Positions 8,071-15,508 of a stretch of DNA of 15,508 nucleotides are shown piece by piece. Below the pieces are notes generated by a model. It searched no databases. It saw nothing but the letters and a program-made list of their open reading frames with translations, and was not told where the DNA came from. A program made the translations under genes and the position numbers. The stretch comes from Chthonomonadales bacterium (GTDB lineage: Bacteria; Armatimonadota; Chthonomonadetes; Chthonomonadales; Chthonomonadaceae), in NCBI GenBank assembly GCA_038217285.1, contig JBBQPO010000143.1:1-15508 (forward strand). The letters run 5' to 3'. The number at the start of each line of letters is the position of its first letter. Positions within the stretch are counted from its first letter, which is position 1.

Positions 8071-8289
8071 TTAGCGGGAGCAGGCGCGGCGGAGGCGTTT
8101 TTCGCTGAGGACGACCAGGGTGCGGCCGTCGAGGCGGAGAGCCTGGACGTCGCGGAGGCCGATAAGGGCGCGGCTGACGCTTTCGCGGGTCGCACCGATC
8201 TGTTCGGCGAGCTGCTGCTGCGTGATCCTGTGGGTGATGCGCTTGCTGCCGACCGGATCGTCTTCGCCGTAGACGGCCAGGAGGTCGAG
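8071..8289 (-). pseudogene. Orphan 3' end of a Crp/Fnr-family regulator (HTH), copy 2 of direct repeat
   Basis: Translates to LDLLAVYGEDDPVGSKRITHRITQQQLAEQIGATRESVSRALIGLRDVQALRLDGRTLVVLSEKRLRRACSR*. The cNMP-binding domain is absent, and the fragment begins about 16 bp after the stop of the upstream gene. Confidence 0.88.
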
Positions 8290-8305
8290 CGGGCGTCTCC
8301 TCCGT

Positions 8306-9214
8306 TCAGGCTTTGTTGGTCGTCTCGCCCGCCAGGCGCTGCAGCTCTGCGATGGCACGCGGAACCGCGATCTTCGGCTCTTCCGCCGCCTCGTACTCCA
8401 GCAGCAGATAGCCGCGATAATGGACGCCGCGCAGAATGTCGAGGACGCGCGCGAAGTCGGTCGCCTCGCGCTTGCCGCCGGGGAAGATCTCCGTCTTCAT
8501 GTGGGTGGTGACAGCGTAGGGGGCGACTTTGGCGAGATCGCCGTAGGGGTCCGCCGTGTGGTAGTTTGCGCTGTCCCATTTCAGGCCGAACCAGTCGGAG
8601 TGGATGGCCTCCAGGATCTCCAGCGTACCCGCCGCATCCGCGACAACCCCGCCGTGATTCTCCATCGCCAGGATCACGCCCTTCTCTTCGGCTTTGGGCA
8701 GGCACTCCTGCACGCACTCGATCACCCACTTGCGTCCGGTCGCGTTGTCGGTGCCTTTCGGCGGCCCGCCGGCGAAGACCCGCAGGGTGCGCGCGCCCAT
8801 GTCCGACGCGTAGTCGATCCACTGCCGCACCTTCACCAGGTTCTTATCCCGATCTTCGCCGGGCGGCAGGCAGAAGGTGTTTCCGACCGCAGCGCCCGCC
8901 ACATCCAGGCCGAGCAGGAACGCCCGCCGCGCCAGCCGATGAATGTCCGCGAGTTTCAGGGGCTCAGGGAAGTAGTAGGCCGTCATCTCGACGCCGTCCA
9001 TGTCCATCGCGGCGCAGGCTTCCAGAAACGCCTCGTAGGACATGGGGTCGGTCTTGGCCTGAAGATACTGCCGGTAAGAGTAGGCGCACGAGCCGACCCG
9101 AAACCGCGCCCTGCTTCCCCGCTTCGGCGGCTCGACCGCACCCGCAGATCCGGTTGTGATCGCTCCGACTCCCGCCGTCACCGCTGCCGACAAAATATCG
9201 CGTCGTGTCATCAT
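8306..9214 (-). CDS. Sugar phosphate isomerase/epimerase (xylose-isomerase-like TIM barrel) with twin-arginine-type signal; start 9214 or 9211
   Basis: Metal-ligand motifs MENHGG, DSAN, HMK and LEYE, plus GVE and LRVFAG. N-terminus MTRRDILSAAVTAGVGAITTGSAGA. Confidence 0.9.
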   Translation of the reverse strand: MMTRRDILSAAVTAGVGAITTGSAGAVEPPKRGSRARFRVGSCAYSYRQYLQAKTDPMSYEAFLEACAAMDMDGVEMTAYYFPEPLKLADIHRLARRAFLLGLDVAGAAVGNTFCLPPGEDRDKNLVKVRQWIDYASDMGARTLRVFAGGPPKGTDNATGRKWVIECVQECLPKAEEKGVILAMENHGGVVADAAGTLEILEAIHSDWFGLKWDSANYHTADPYGDLAKVAPYAVTTHMKTEIFPGGKREATDFARVLDILRGVHYRGYLLLEYEAAEEPKIAVPRAIAELQRLAGETTNKA

Positions 9215-9233
9215 CCTGTCTCTCCCTGGTGTT

Positions 9234-10946
9234 CTATTCCAGCCGGCTGAACCGGTCGGTAAGGCTTTCCGTATTCGTGTCCTGCGCGAACTTCTGCGAG
9301 AAGTTCAGATAGCGTTTCGCTTCCGCGTGGCCCGGATCCCGTGCCAGTACCTTCTTGAACTGGAAGACGGCTTCGCTATAGCGTTTTTCGTTGTAGGCTG
9401 TCATGCCGGCGGCGAACTCCATGGCGGTCTGTGCGAGAGCGATCTTCTTCGCACGCTCGCGGCTCTCCGCGACAGCCTGTGCCCGTTCTAGAGCGGCCAG
9501 TCCCGCCTGCAGTTCGCCCTGTGCCAGCAGGCGGTCGGCGTCGGCGTCGGCGGTTTCGGCGCGATGCGTGAAGAGCGCCGCGAGCTCGCGGCGCGCCGAG
9601 GTCGGACCGATGGGTGCGACGGCGATCGCTTCTCGGAGCTTCATCTCCGTCTGGCTCCCGTTTCCGGCGGCGTTCAGGGCGCGCGCCTCGGCGATCAACT
9701 CTTCGCTGCGTTGGACACGCACGGCCCGCAAGCTCTGCGCCACTTCGATATGAAGCGGCTCCTCCGTCAACAGGCTCCCCAGCAGACCGATGGCGGCGGC
9801 GAGGTCGCCCTTCCCGATACGGGCATGCGCCTCGTCGAAGCCTTCCTGCAGATAGGCCGCACGGGTCGTCAGCAGTCGGTCACAGCCTTCACAATCGGCG
9901 GGATTGGCGTCCAGCGCCTCGCGCAGGGTCTGCAAGGCGCTGGCGAAATCCCCGGCCTTGCGCAGGGTCGCTGCGGCTGCCAGGGGATCGCTCAAGACGC
10001 GTCGGTCCTTTCCCTCTCCAGCTCCTTCGGCAGGCACCACCTCATAGACAGCCGTCGTACCGTCTCGCGCCCCCGTCGCCATATATTTGCCGTCCGGCGA
10101 CAGCGCAAGGCCGAGCAGACGCTTTTCGGTATCGAAGTCCCAGCCGACGGTGCCGTTCGCATCCAGGCAGTAGATATGAGCGCCTGCGGGGTTTTCGGGA
10201 GGACGGCAGAGGGCGGCGCAGAGATCCCCGCCACTCGAAAGGGCCAGCGCGAACACCTCGCCGGGCAGACGTGTCTCCCACTTCCGCGCCCCGTCGGCGT
10301 CGATCAGTCCGACTTTGCCGTCCACCGTTCCATAGGCGACATACAACCCTTCCACGGAGCAGGTCAGAGAACGCACGGCCCCGTCCTGGGCGAACTCCCA
10401 GACCTCTCGCCGGGCTGCGTCCAGCAGCCAGAGCGTACCGGTCTCCGCGCCGACCGCGACGCGTGAACCGTCCGGCGCCACGGCCACCACCGATACTGCG
10501 GTGGGAATCTCTCGGAGCCAGGTCACATAGCCGCCGATCTCGCCAAACGTCAGCGCGAAACTGGCCCCGGAAACGTCCGAGAACGCCGCTGCCAACACCC
10601 GTCCGTCCGCACTCAGAGCCGCATCGATATAGTTGATACGGCGCTCCGGCAGAAAGCGCGATTTGCTCCCCGAATGAAACAGATAGAGATCGTCCGCCGT
10701 CATGCCGATCACGCTGTCCGACTGCGCCGAGGTCTCCAGTTTCGTGAGCGTCTCGACCGCGAAGCCGGAGCGAATCTCGACGCCGCCGTCCCGCTGCAGA
10801 CGCGTCAAGTCGAACGTGCGGGCCTCCAGCGGACGCGGGATGGCGAGCGTCAGCGTTCCGGCGTCGTCGAGCGCATATCGCGCCAGAGGGTAGGCCCCGC
10901 GATACTTGCGCTCCCAGAGCAGATTGACGGTACGAATGGTTGCCAT
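9234..10946 (-). CDS. WD40/PQQ-like beta-propeller protein with C-terminal TPR-like helical repeats (570 aa)
   Basis: Repeats ALSADG, AVAPDG..AVG, ALSSGG, ALSPDGKYMATGARDG, then TPR-like segments (GDFASALQTLREALDANP, YSEAVFQFKKVLARDPGH). ATG 10946 lies 11 bp after the NHL gene stop. The ORF-track start at 11153 overlaps that gene. Confidence 0.88.
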   Translation of the reverse strand: MATIRTVNLLWERKYRGAYPLARYALDDAGTLTLAIPRPLEARTFDLTRLQRDGGVEIRSGFAVETLTKLETSAQSDSVIGMTADDLYLFHSGSKSRFLPERRINYIDAALSADGRVLAAAFSDVSGASFALTFGEIGGYVTWLREIPTAVSVVAVAPDGSRVAVGAETGTLWLLDAARREVWEFAQDGAVRSLTCSVEGLYVAYGTVDGKVGLIDADGARKWETRLPGEVFALALSSGGDLCAALCRPPENPAGAHIYCLDANGTVGWDFDTEKRLLGLALSPDGKYMATGARDGTTAVYEVVPAEGAGEGKDRRVLSDPLAAAATLRKAGDFASALQTLREALDANPADCEGCDRLLTTRAAYLQEGFDEAHARIGKGDLAAAIGLLGSLLTEEPLHIEVAQSLRAVRVQRSEELIAEARALNAAGNGSQTEMKLREAIAVAPIGPTSARRELAALFTHRAETADADADRLLAQGELQAGLAALERAQAVAESRERAKKIALAQTAMEFAAGMTAYNEKRYSEAVFQFKKVLARDPGHAEAKRYLNFSQKFAQDTNTESLTDRFSRLE

Positions 10947-10957
10947 GATAGAAGAGG

Positions 10958-11875
10958 CTACTCCCAGGCGAGGCGCAGGACACGGTGGTTGAGGGTATCG
11001 GCGACGTAGATCTCGCCGTTCGGGCCGAGCGCGACGCCCGACGGACCGTTGAGCGGGCCAAGGCGGGTGCTGGGACGGTCGAAGGTGATAAGCGAGTTGC
11101 CTTCCAGATCGAGAACGTGGAGGCGATTGGCACCGGCCTCCGCGAGGTAGCATCGCCCCTGCGCGTCCACTGCCACCTGGCCCGGTGAGTTCAGACGCCG
11201 ATTGTCGGCGAACGCCATCTCTTTCGCGCCGGCGTAGTTGAAGCGGATGACGTCGTTTGTCGTGCCCTCCGTCACATAGAGCCTGTGCGCCTTATCGCAA
11301 CCGACGGAGACCGGGCGATGGACCCCGTCCTTGCGATCCAGACCGCCCAAGCACATCCCGGTCCGCGTATCGATTCGGATCACTTTGGAGGCGCCGGTGT
11401 CCGCGATCCAGAGCATGCCTTCGGCGTCGAAGGTCGCGCCGCTGGGGCTGCGAAACCCGCTGTACATCACATAGTGCTGCCCGGTAAACCGGAAACACTG
11501 CACCCGGTTGTTGCCCTGCTCCGCCACGAAGAAAAACTGTCCTGTCGGATCGATGGCGACCGCCTGCGGCCCCCACAACTGCCCCAGGCCGCTGCCCGGC
11601 TTGCCGTAGAGATAGACATCACCGCCCGAGGTGATGCGCTGGATGCGATGGTTGCCGCTGTCGGCCACGTAGAGGGAGCCCCACGGATCGACCGCCAGGC
11701 CCGTCGGCATATCGAACTGGCCGGCCTGCGTTCCCTTCTCCCCGATCACCTCGACGGCGCGCAGGCGCAGCGGCTTCCAGCCCAGGCCCAGCCCCGACTC
11801 CTCCGAATCGGCAGACGTGGTCAGGACGGGAGGACGCTCGTTTCCCAGTTCCAGAAAGTCGAATCGATCGCTCAT
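10958..11875 (-). CDS. NHL-repeat beta-propeller protein
   Basis: Six NHL repeats such as GQFDMPTGLAVDPWGSLYVADSGNHRIQ, PQAVAID..VAEQGNNRVQ and PSGVALGPNGEIYVADTLNHRV. Confidence 0.93.
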   Translation of the reverse strand: MSDRFDFLELGNERPPVLTTSADSEESGLGLGWKPLRLRAVEVIGEKGTQAGQFDMPTGLAVDPWGSLYVADSGNHRIQRITSGGDVYLYGKPGSGLGQLWGPQAVAIDPTGQFFFVAEQGNNRVQCFRFTGQHYVMYSGFRSPSGATFDAEGMLWIADTGASKVIRIDTRTGMCLGGLDRKDGVHRPVSVGCDKAHRLYVTEGTTNDVIRFNYAGAKEMAFADNRRLNSPGQVAVDAQGRCYLAEAGANRLHVLDLEGNSLITFDRPSTRLGPLNGPSGVALGPNGEIYVADTLNHRVLRLAWE

Positions 11876-11891
11876 AGGTGTTCTTTAGAGA

Positions 11892-13520
11892 TCAGTTGTC
11901 CGAACTGTAGCGCGGCGCTGGGGCCGGCGTCACGGACTTGACGTCGAGAGCCGACGGGTCTATCACGTCCGTCACGGGATCCGTTGCCTTCGCGACCATC
12001 AGCAGTTGCGCGATGGTGTTCATATCCTCGGACTGAGCGCTGGACGCGATTCGCGCACGGGTGTTGGCCCACTCCCGCAGATCTTCGATACGCTCGCGCA
12101 TGGTCATGGAGAGCGGCACGGTATGGTGTGCTGCCGTGACGAGCGCTTCCGTCGTCAGGGTCTTCTCCTCGTCGAAGGCATCGTAGAGCGCCTCCACCAC
12201 GCAGGCCTCGATCTCGGCTCCGGAGAAGCCCGGCGTCGCCGCCGCAAGCCTGTCCAGGTCGAACTCCTCGGGATCGCGCTTGCGCTTCGTGAGATGAATC
12301 TTGAAGATCTGCATTCGCTCGTCGCTGGTGGGCAGGTCGATGAAGAAGATCTCATCGAAGCGGCCTTTGCGGAGCAGTTCTGGCGGCAGCGAGGTGACAT
12401 CGTTGGAGGTCGCGACGACGAACGCCGGGGCCTTCTTATCCTGCATCCAGGTCAGGAAGGTGCCGAAGACGCGGCTGGTCGTGCCGCCGTCCGACATTCC
12501 CGAGCTCTGTGTGCCCGAGAAGCCTTTTTCCAGCTCATCCAGCCACAAAATACAGGGCGCGACCGACTCGGCCACACGGATCGCCTTGCGCATATTCTCT
12601 TCCGAAGAGCCAACGATCCCCGCGAAGATGCGTCCCACGTCCAGCCGCAGCAGCGGGAGACGCCAGAGCGACCCGATGGCTTTCGCCGAAAGGCTCTTCC
12701 CGCAGCCCTGGACCCCGAGCAGCAGCACACCGCGCGGCGAAGGCAGACCGAAGTCTCGTGCCTTCTCAGTGAAGGCGACAGTGCGCTTCTCCATCCACTC
12801 TTTCAGCAGATCGAGCCCGCCGACATCCCCGATGCTCTCGCTGAACGGGTAGTACTCCAGGATGCCGGACTTGCGGATGATCTGCTCTTTTTCGCTCAGA
12901 ATGACATCGACATCGAACTTATGCTTTTCGACCAGGGATTTGGCAAAGACGTTCTCCGCCTCGTTGGCGGTCAGCCCCTGCGCCGCCTTCAAAATATAGT
13001 CGCGCTCGGTCTCTGTGAGCGTGGTATCAACCTGCGGATTGTCCTTGACCGACTGTATGATGCCTTCCAAAAGCTGATCGAGATCCTCGTGGTCGGGCAG
13101 GCCGTAGTCCACGACGGTGACGTCCTTCTCCAGTTCGTGCGGCAGCTTGAGGTTGGGCGCGAGAATGATGAGCGTTTTGTAACTGGTCTTGAGGGCCGCC
13201 GTGAGGTCGCGCAGACGGCGCGTCACCGTGACGTCGCTGATAAACGCGTGGTAATCTTTGAGCACGAACAGCGCCTGCTCCCGCGAGTCCATCACAGCAT
13301 CGAGCGCGGCAATGGGGTCGCGAGTCGCGTTGTCCCGATGGTTCGGGTTCTGCACCATGCCCTGCGTGATGGTCCAAAAGAAGATCTTCTTGCCCCGATC
13401 ACGGGCAATATTGCGAAGCGCGTCCTCGACACGCTTCTCTTCCCAGGAGACGATGTAGATGATCGGATAGCGGGCGCGGATCAGGGTTTCGAGTTCGATG
13501 TCCACTGCGGAAGAGGCCAA
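11892..13520 (-). CDS. Ycf46-family AAA+ ATPase (degenerate N-terminal AAA-like domain plus active C-terminal AAA module); TTG start
   Basis: LIRARYPIIYIVSWEE, LKDYH, EKEQIIRKSGILEY, VGGLDLLKEW, Walker A GVQGCGKS, Walker B LWLDE, SRH LPPELLRKGRFDEIFF, GFSGAEIE, LREWA. GGAGGT RBS at 13529..13534. Confidence 0.93.
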   Translation of the reverse strand: MASSAVDIELETLIRARYPIIYIVSWEEKRVEDALRNIARDRGKKIFFWTITQGMVQNPNHRDNATRDPIAALDAVMDSREQALFVLKDYHAFISDVTVTRRLRDLTAALKTSYKTLIILAPNLKLPHELEKDVTVVDYGLPDHEDLDQLLEGIIQSVKDNPQVDTTLTETERDYILKAAQGLTANEAENVFAKSLVEKHKFDVDVILSEKEQIIRKSGILEYYPFSESIGDVGGLDLLKEWMEKRTVAFTEKARDFGLPSPRGVLLLGVQGCGKSLSAKAIGSLWRLPLLRLDVGRIFAGIVGSSEENMRKAIRVAESVAPCILWLDELEKGFSGTQSSGMSDGGTTSRVFGTFLTWMQDKKAPAFVVATSNDVTSLPPELLRKGRFDEIFFIDLPTSDERMQIFKIHLTKRKRDPEEFDLDRLAAATPGFSGAEIEACVVEALYDAFDEEKTLTTEALVTAAHHTVPLSMTMRERIEDLREWANTRARIASSAQSEDMNTIAQLLMVAKATDPVTDVIDPSALDVKSVTPAPAPRYSSDN

Positions 13521-13639
13521 GTGCAGATACCTCCGGCAAAAATATTGCGTCTCAAAAGCGTGTCGGGTGTGAGGCGACCGTCGGGCGGCGCGGCGCTATC
13601 GGTGCGAATAGAAAAAGGCGACCTCACAGGAGATACTCT

Positions 13640-13669
13640 ATTATAGTGGATAAGACAGGCCGTCGTCAA
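13640..13669 (-). promoter_or_regulatory. Sigma70-type promoter for the AAA+/NHL/WD40/epimerase operon
   Basis: The - strand reads TTGACG-N18-TATAAT, about 120 bp upstream of the TTG start. Confidence 0.7.
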
Positions 13670-14116
13670 TGAGTTGCCTCGATTACCCCATGTTACTGCA
13701 AAGAAGACGGCGGAGTCACCGGCATGGCTACCGCTGTTACTCCCCGTTTCTTGAAAAACTTATCTTGTCCCGTAGGTCGCCGAGATGAATCCGCTACGCG
13801 CCTTGGGGTGGTCAAGGGTTTATGACCCCTCGCTACACGGCTTCGCCGGACAGTCCTGTCGGACTGGGGAGGTAGTTTTGTTTGGAACGATTCCTTCTAC
13901 GGCGGATCAACGGGCTTCCTTTCTCCACGCGTCCGGAGGACGAAATCCTCCGCTTCCGCGCAGAGGATTTCGGGTGCCCGAAGGGCTTCCTTCTGCAAGG
14001 GTTTGCCGAAGGCCTGGCCCCGAAGCCACTCTTGACCGCGACGCGCTCATGCTGCGCTCTTCAGAGTCCTGTCTCTCTTACTTGTTGCATGCAGTCTGGT
14101 CTCTTGCATCCTTGCG

Positions 14117-14827
14117 TTACATCTGATGCGCGACGTGCTGCACCACAAGCTGGTTTGGAATGACGTGGGGCGGCAATGCGAGCAGGTCGGCGACCGCCCA
14201 GGCGACCTCGTTCGGTGTCAGCAACACTTCCGTACGAGGTTTGCCAGGGATGCCCTCCCAGAAAGGGGTGTCCACCCCAGAGCAGCAGATGTTTGTGACA
14301 CGGATATTAAGCCGTCGTCCTTCGAGAGCCAGTGCGCCGCCCATCCCCACTAACGCGTGTTTGGTCGCGCAGTAGAGCGCGGCATTGGCAATGGTCTTGA
14401 CCCCTAGAATGCCGCACAGGTTCACGATATGCCCGGACTTCTGCGCGGTCATGTGGGGCCAGACCTCCTGACAGGCGATCAGCGCGCCCCGGACATTGGT
14501 ATCGAGCAGAGACTGAATCACGGCATCGGGCGTCTCCGTGATCGGGCCAAGGTGACCGGCCCCGGCGCTGTTGATCAGCGCGTCCACACGCCCGAAACGT
14601 TCTACCGTACTGGTCACCAGATCGCGGATCTGCTCCCGGTCCGTCACGTCGGCCTGAACGGCCAGCAGTCGTTCGGCAAAAGGGTCCAGAACCTCGGACG
14701 CGACTTGTAGGCGCTCCGCCGACCGGCCGCAGATAGCGACGCGCGCGCCATGTCGCAGCAGGCGCTCTGCCAGCGCCAATCCGATACCGCTGCTGCCGCC
14801 GGTAATGACGGCCACTCCGTTAAACAT
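14117..14827 (-). CDS. Short-chain dehydrogenase/reductase (SDR), 236 aa
   Basis: TGGSSGIG, ADVTD, INSAG, TNVRG, YCATK. GAGGAG RBS before ATG 14827. The ORF-track extension to 15082 is probably non-coding. Confidence 0.93.
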   Translation of the reverse strand: MFNGVAVITGGSSGIGLALAERLLRHGARVAICGRSAERLQVASEVLDPFAERLLAVQADVTDREQIRDLVTSTVERFGRVDALINSAGAGHLGPITETPDAVIQSLLDTNVRGALIACQEVWPHMTAQKSGHIVNLCGILGVKTIANAALYCATKHALVGMGGALALEGRRLNIRVTNICCSGVDTPFWEGIPGKPRTEVLLTPNEVAWAVADLLALPPHVIPNQLVVQHVAHQM

Positions 14828-15052
14828 GCTTTTCTCCTCTGTGATTGGCATTCGCACTCTGCGGCCCCGAAAGACGACGCGCGGCAGAACGCCGGAAGCG
14901 GAAGAGCCGCTGCAAGCCCACCGGCGTAAACAGCAGCCTGGACAGGAGGCCCTCCCCTCTCTCCAGATTACGAGCGGGAATGCGTCCCGTGCTTCATCGG
15001 ACCGCAACCCCTGCGTTACTGCAAAGCCATATTCGGCAGCAGAAACGATGTA

Positions 15053-15061
15053 TGGTATAAT
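15053..15061 (+). promoter_or_regulatory. Extended -10 promoter for the T-box/valS transcript
   Basis: TGGTATAAT (TGn + TATAAT) about 20 bp before T-box stem I. Confidence 0.7.
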
Positions 15062-15083
15062 GACAACCAACTGAATTTTCAAT

Positions 15084-15353
15084 GGCTGTGAAGGGGAAGA
15101 GTACGCGGTCGCAGCGTCCCAGAGAGGGAGGGGCAGGTGTAAGCCTCCTGACGTGTGCGCCGCCGAACGTCGCTCCGGAGCCGCCGTTCCGAACGGTCGA
15201 TTAATGCCGCTATGTATGGCCGGGTACGCACGTTAACGCGTCCGAGTGCCCGTGCCGCTCGCTGTCAGGCGTCGCATGGGAACGAAGGTGGTACCACGCG
15301 AGCTCTTTTATGGCCCGCGCCCTTCCCGATGTCCGGGAGGGCGCGGGCTTTTT
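15084..15353 (+). ncRNA. T-box riboswitch (valine-specific, transcriptional)
   Basis: Stem I hallmarks (GCTGTGAA, AGTA, AGAGA, GGTGTAA) and GAA-C-GTC with a Val specifier GTC at 15169..15171. T-box AAGGTGGTACCACG at 15285..15298, whose UGGU bulge matches a tRNA ACCA end. Antiterminator GAAGG/CCTTC pairing. The downstream gene is valS. Confidence 0.93.
15313..15353 (+). terminator. Intrinsic terminator (attenuator) of the T-box leader
   Basis: GCCCGCGCCCTTCCCG-ATGTC-CGGGAGGGCGCGGGC followed by TTTTT. Its 5' arm overlaps the 3' arm of the antiterminator. Confidence 0.9.
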
Positions 15354-15376
15354 GCATTTGGATCAGGAGAACGACG

Positions 15377-15508
15377 ATGACCGAAGAACGACCGGAACTG
15401 GCGAAAGCCTACGACCCGAAACTCGTGGAAGAGAAGTGGTACTCCCTCTGGAAAGAGCGCGGTTATTTCCATGCTGAGCCCGATCCCGACAAGCAACCCT
15501 ACTGCATC
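15377..15508 (+). CDS. valS: Valyl-tRNA synthetase, N-terminus (truncated by the right window edge)
   Basis: CAGGAG RBS. Translates to MTEERPELAKAYDPKLVEEKWYSLWKERGYFHAEPDPDKQPYCI, a typical ValRS start, and sits downstream of a Val T-box. Confidence 0.92.
   Translation, partial: MTEERPELAKAYDPKLVEEKWYSLWKERGYFHAEPDPDKQPYCI

Larger units (their letters stand above)
5861..8226. repeat. Direct repeat pair 5861..6013 and 8071..8226
   Basis: Manual alignment shows 9 substitutions and one 3-bp indel over about 153 nt, with a 2210 bp offset. On the left, similarity ends exactly at the shared TAA stop codon. Confidence 0.97.

Noticed and set aside
5861-8226. Repeat pair as a diversity-generating retroelement TR/VR
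   Set aside because: Mismatches are not confined to adenines of one copy, are mostly synonymous, and no reverse transcriptase is present in the window.
5380-8300. Integron cassette array or CRISPR array
   Set aside because: No attC-like palindromes with RYYYAAC/GTTRRRY ends, no integron integrase, and no short regularly spaced repeats. The repeat is protein-coding in origin.
6016-8300. 8-mer GGAGACGC (6016..6023) and its reverse complement GCGTCTCC (8293..8300) near the 5' junctions of the two Crp tails
   Set aside because: Short, GC-rich and in opposite orientation relative to the direct repeats. It cannot be distinguished from chance without more copies.
8290-8358. ORF-track start for a 95-aa Crp-like protein at 8358
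   Set aside because: The start lies inside the epimerase gene in another frame without an RBS, and the first ~23 residues are not Crp-like.
14828-15082. 85-aa N-terminal extension of the SDR ORF
   Set aside because: It overlaps the divergent promoter region, and a strong RBS supports ATG 14827 directly before the Rossmann motif.

Overview
GC-rich bacterial chromosomal window, plausibly Armatimonadota or another Terrabacteria lineage (inference from the T-box and gene content, not verifiable here). Left to right: (1) the 5' part of an acetyl-CoA hydrolase/CoA-transferase gene (- strand, runs off the left edge, not in the ORF track); (2) a probable IS66-like transposase remnant; (3) a full-length long RSH (Rel) (p)ppGpp synthetase/hydrolase; (4) a divergent ABC exporter broken by an out-of-frame internal deletion; (5) an accessory block (small membrane protein, SAM methyltransferase, ARPP-1/DUF6569 protein) punctuated by two ~94% identical orphan 3' ends of a Crp/Fnr regulator gene in direct repeat 2210 bp apart; (6) a - strand operon of Ycf46-type AAA+ ATPase, NHL-repeat protein, WD40/PQQ-propeller+TPR protein and Tat-signal TIM-barrel epimerase; (7) a hairpin-rich intergenic region; (8) an SDR oxidoreductase; (9) a Val T-box riboswitch and the start of valS. 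The most interesting signals are the duplicated Crp tails bracketing cargo genes and a shared terminal D-R-F-x-x-L-E motif in the two propeller proteins encoded behind the AAA+ ATPase.
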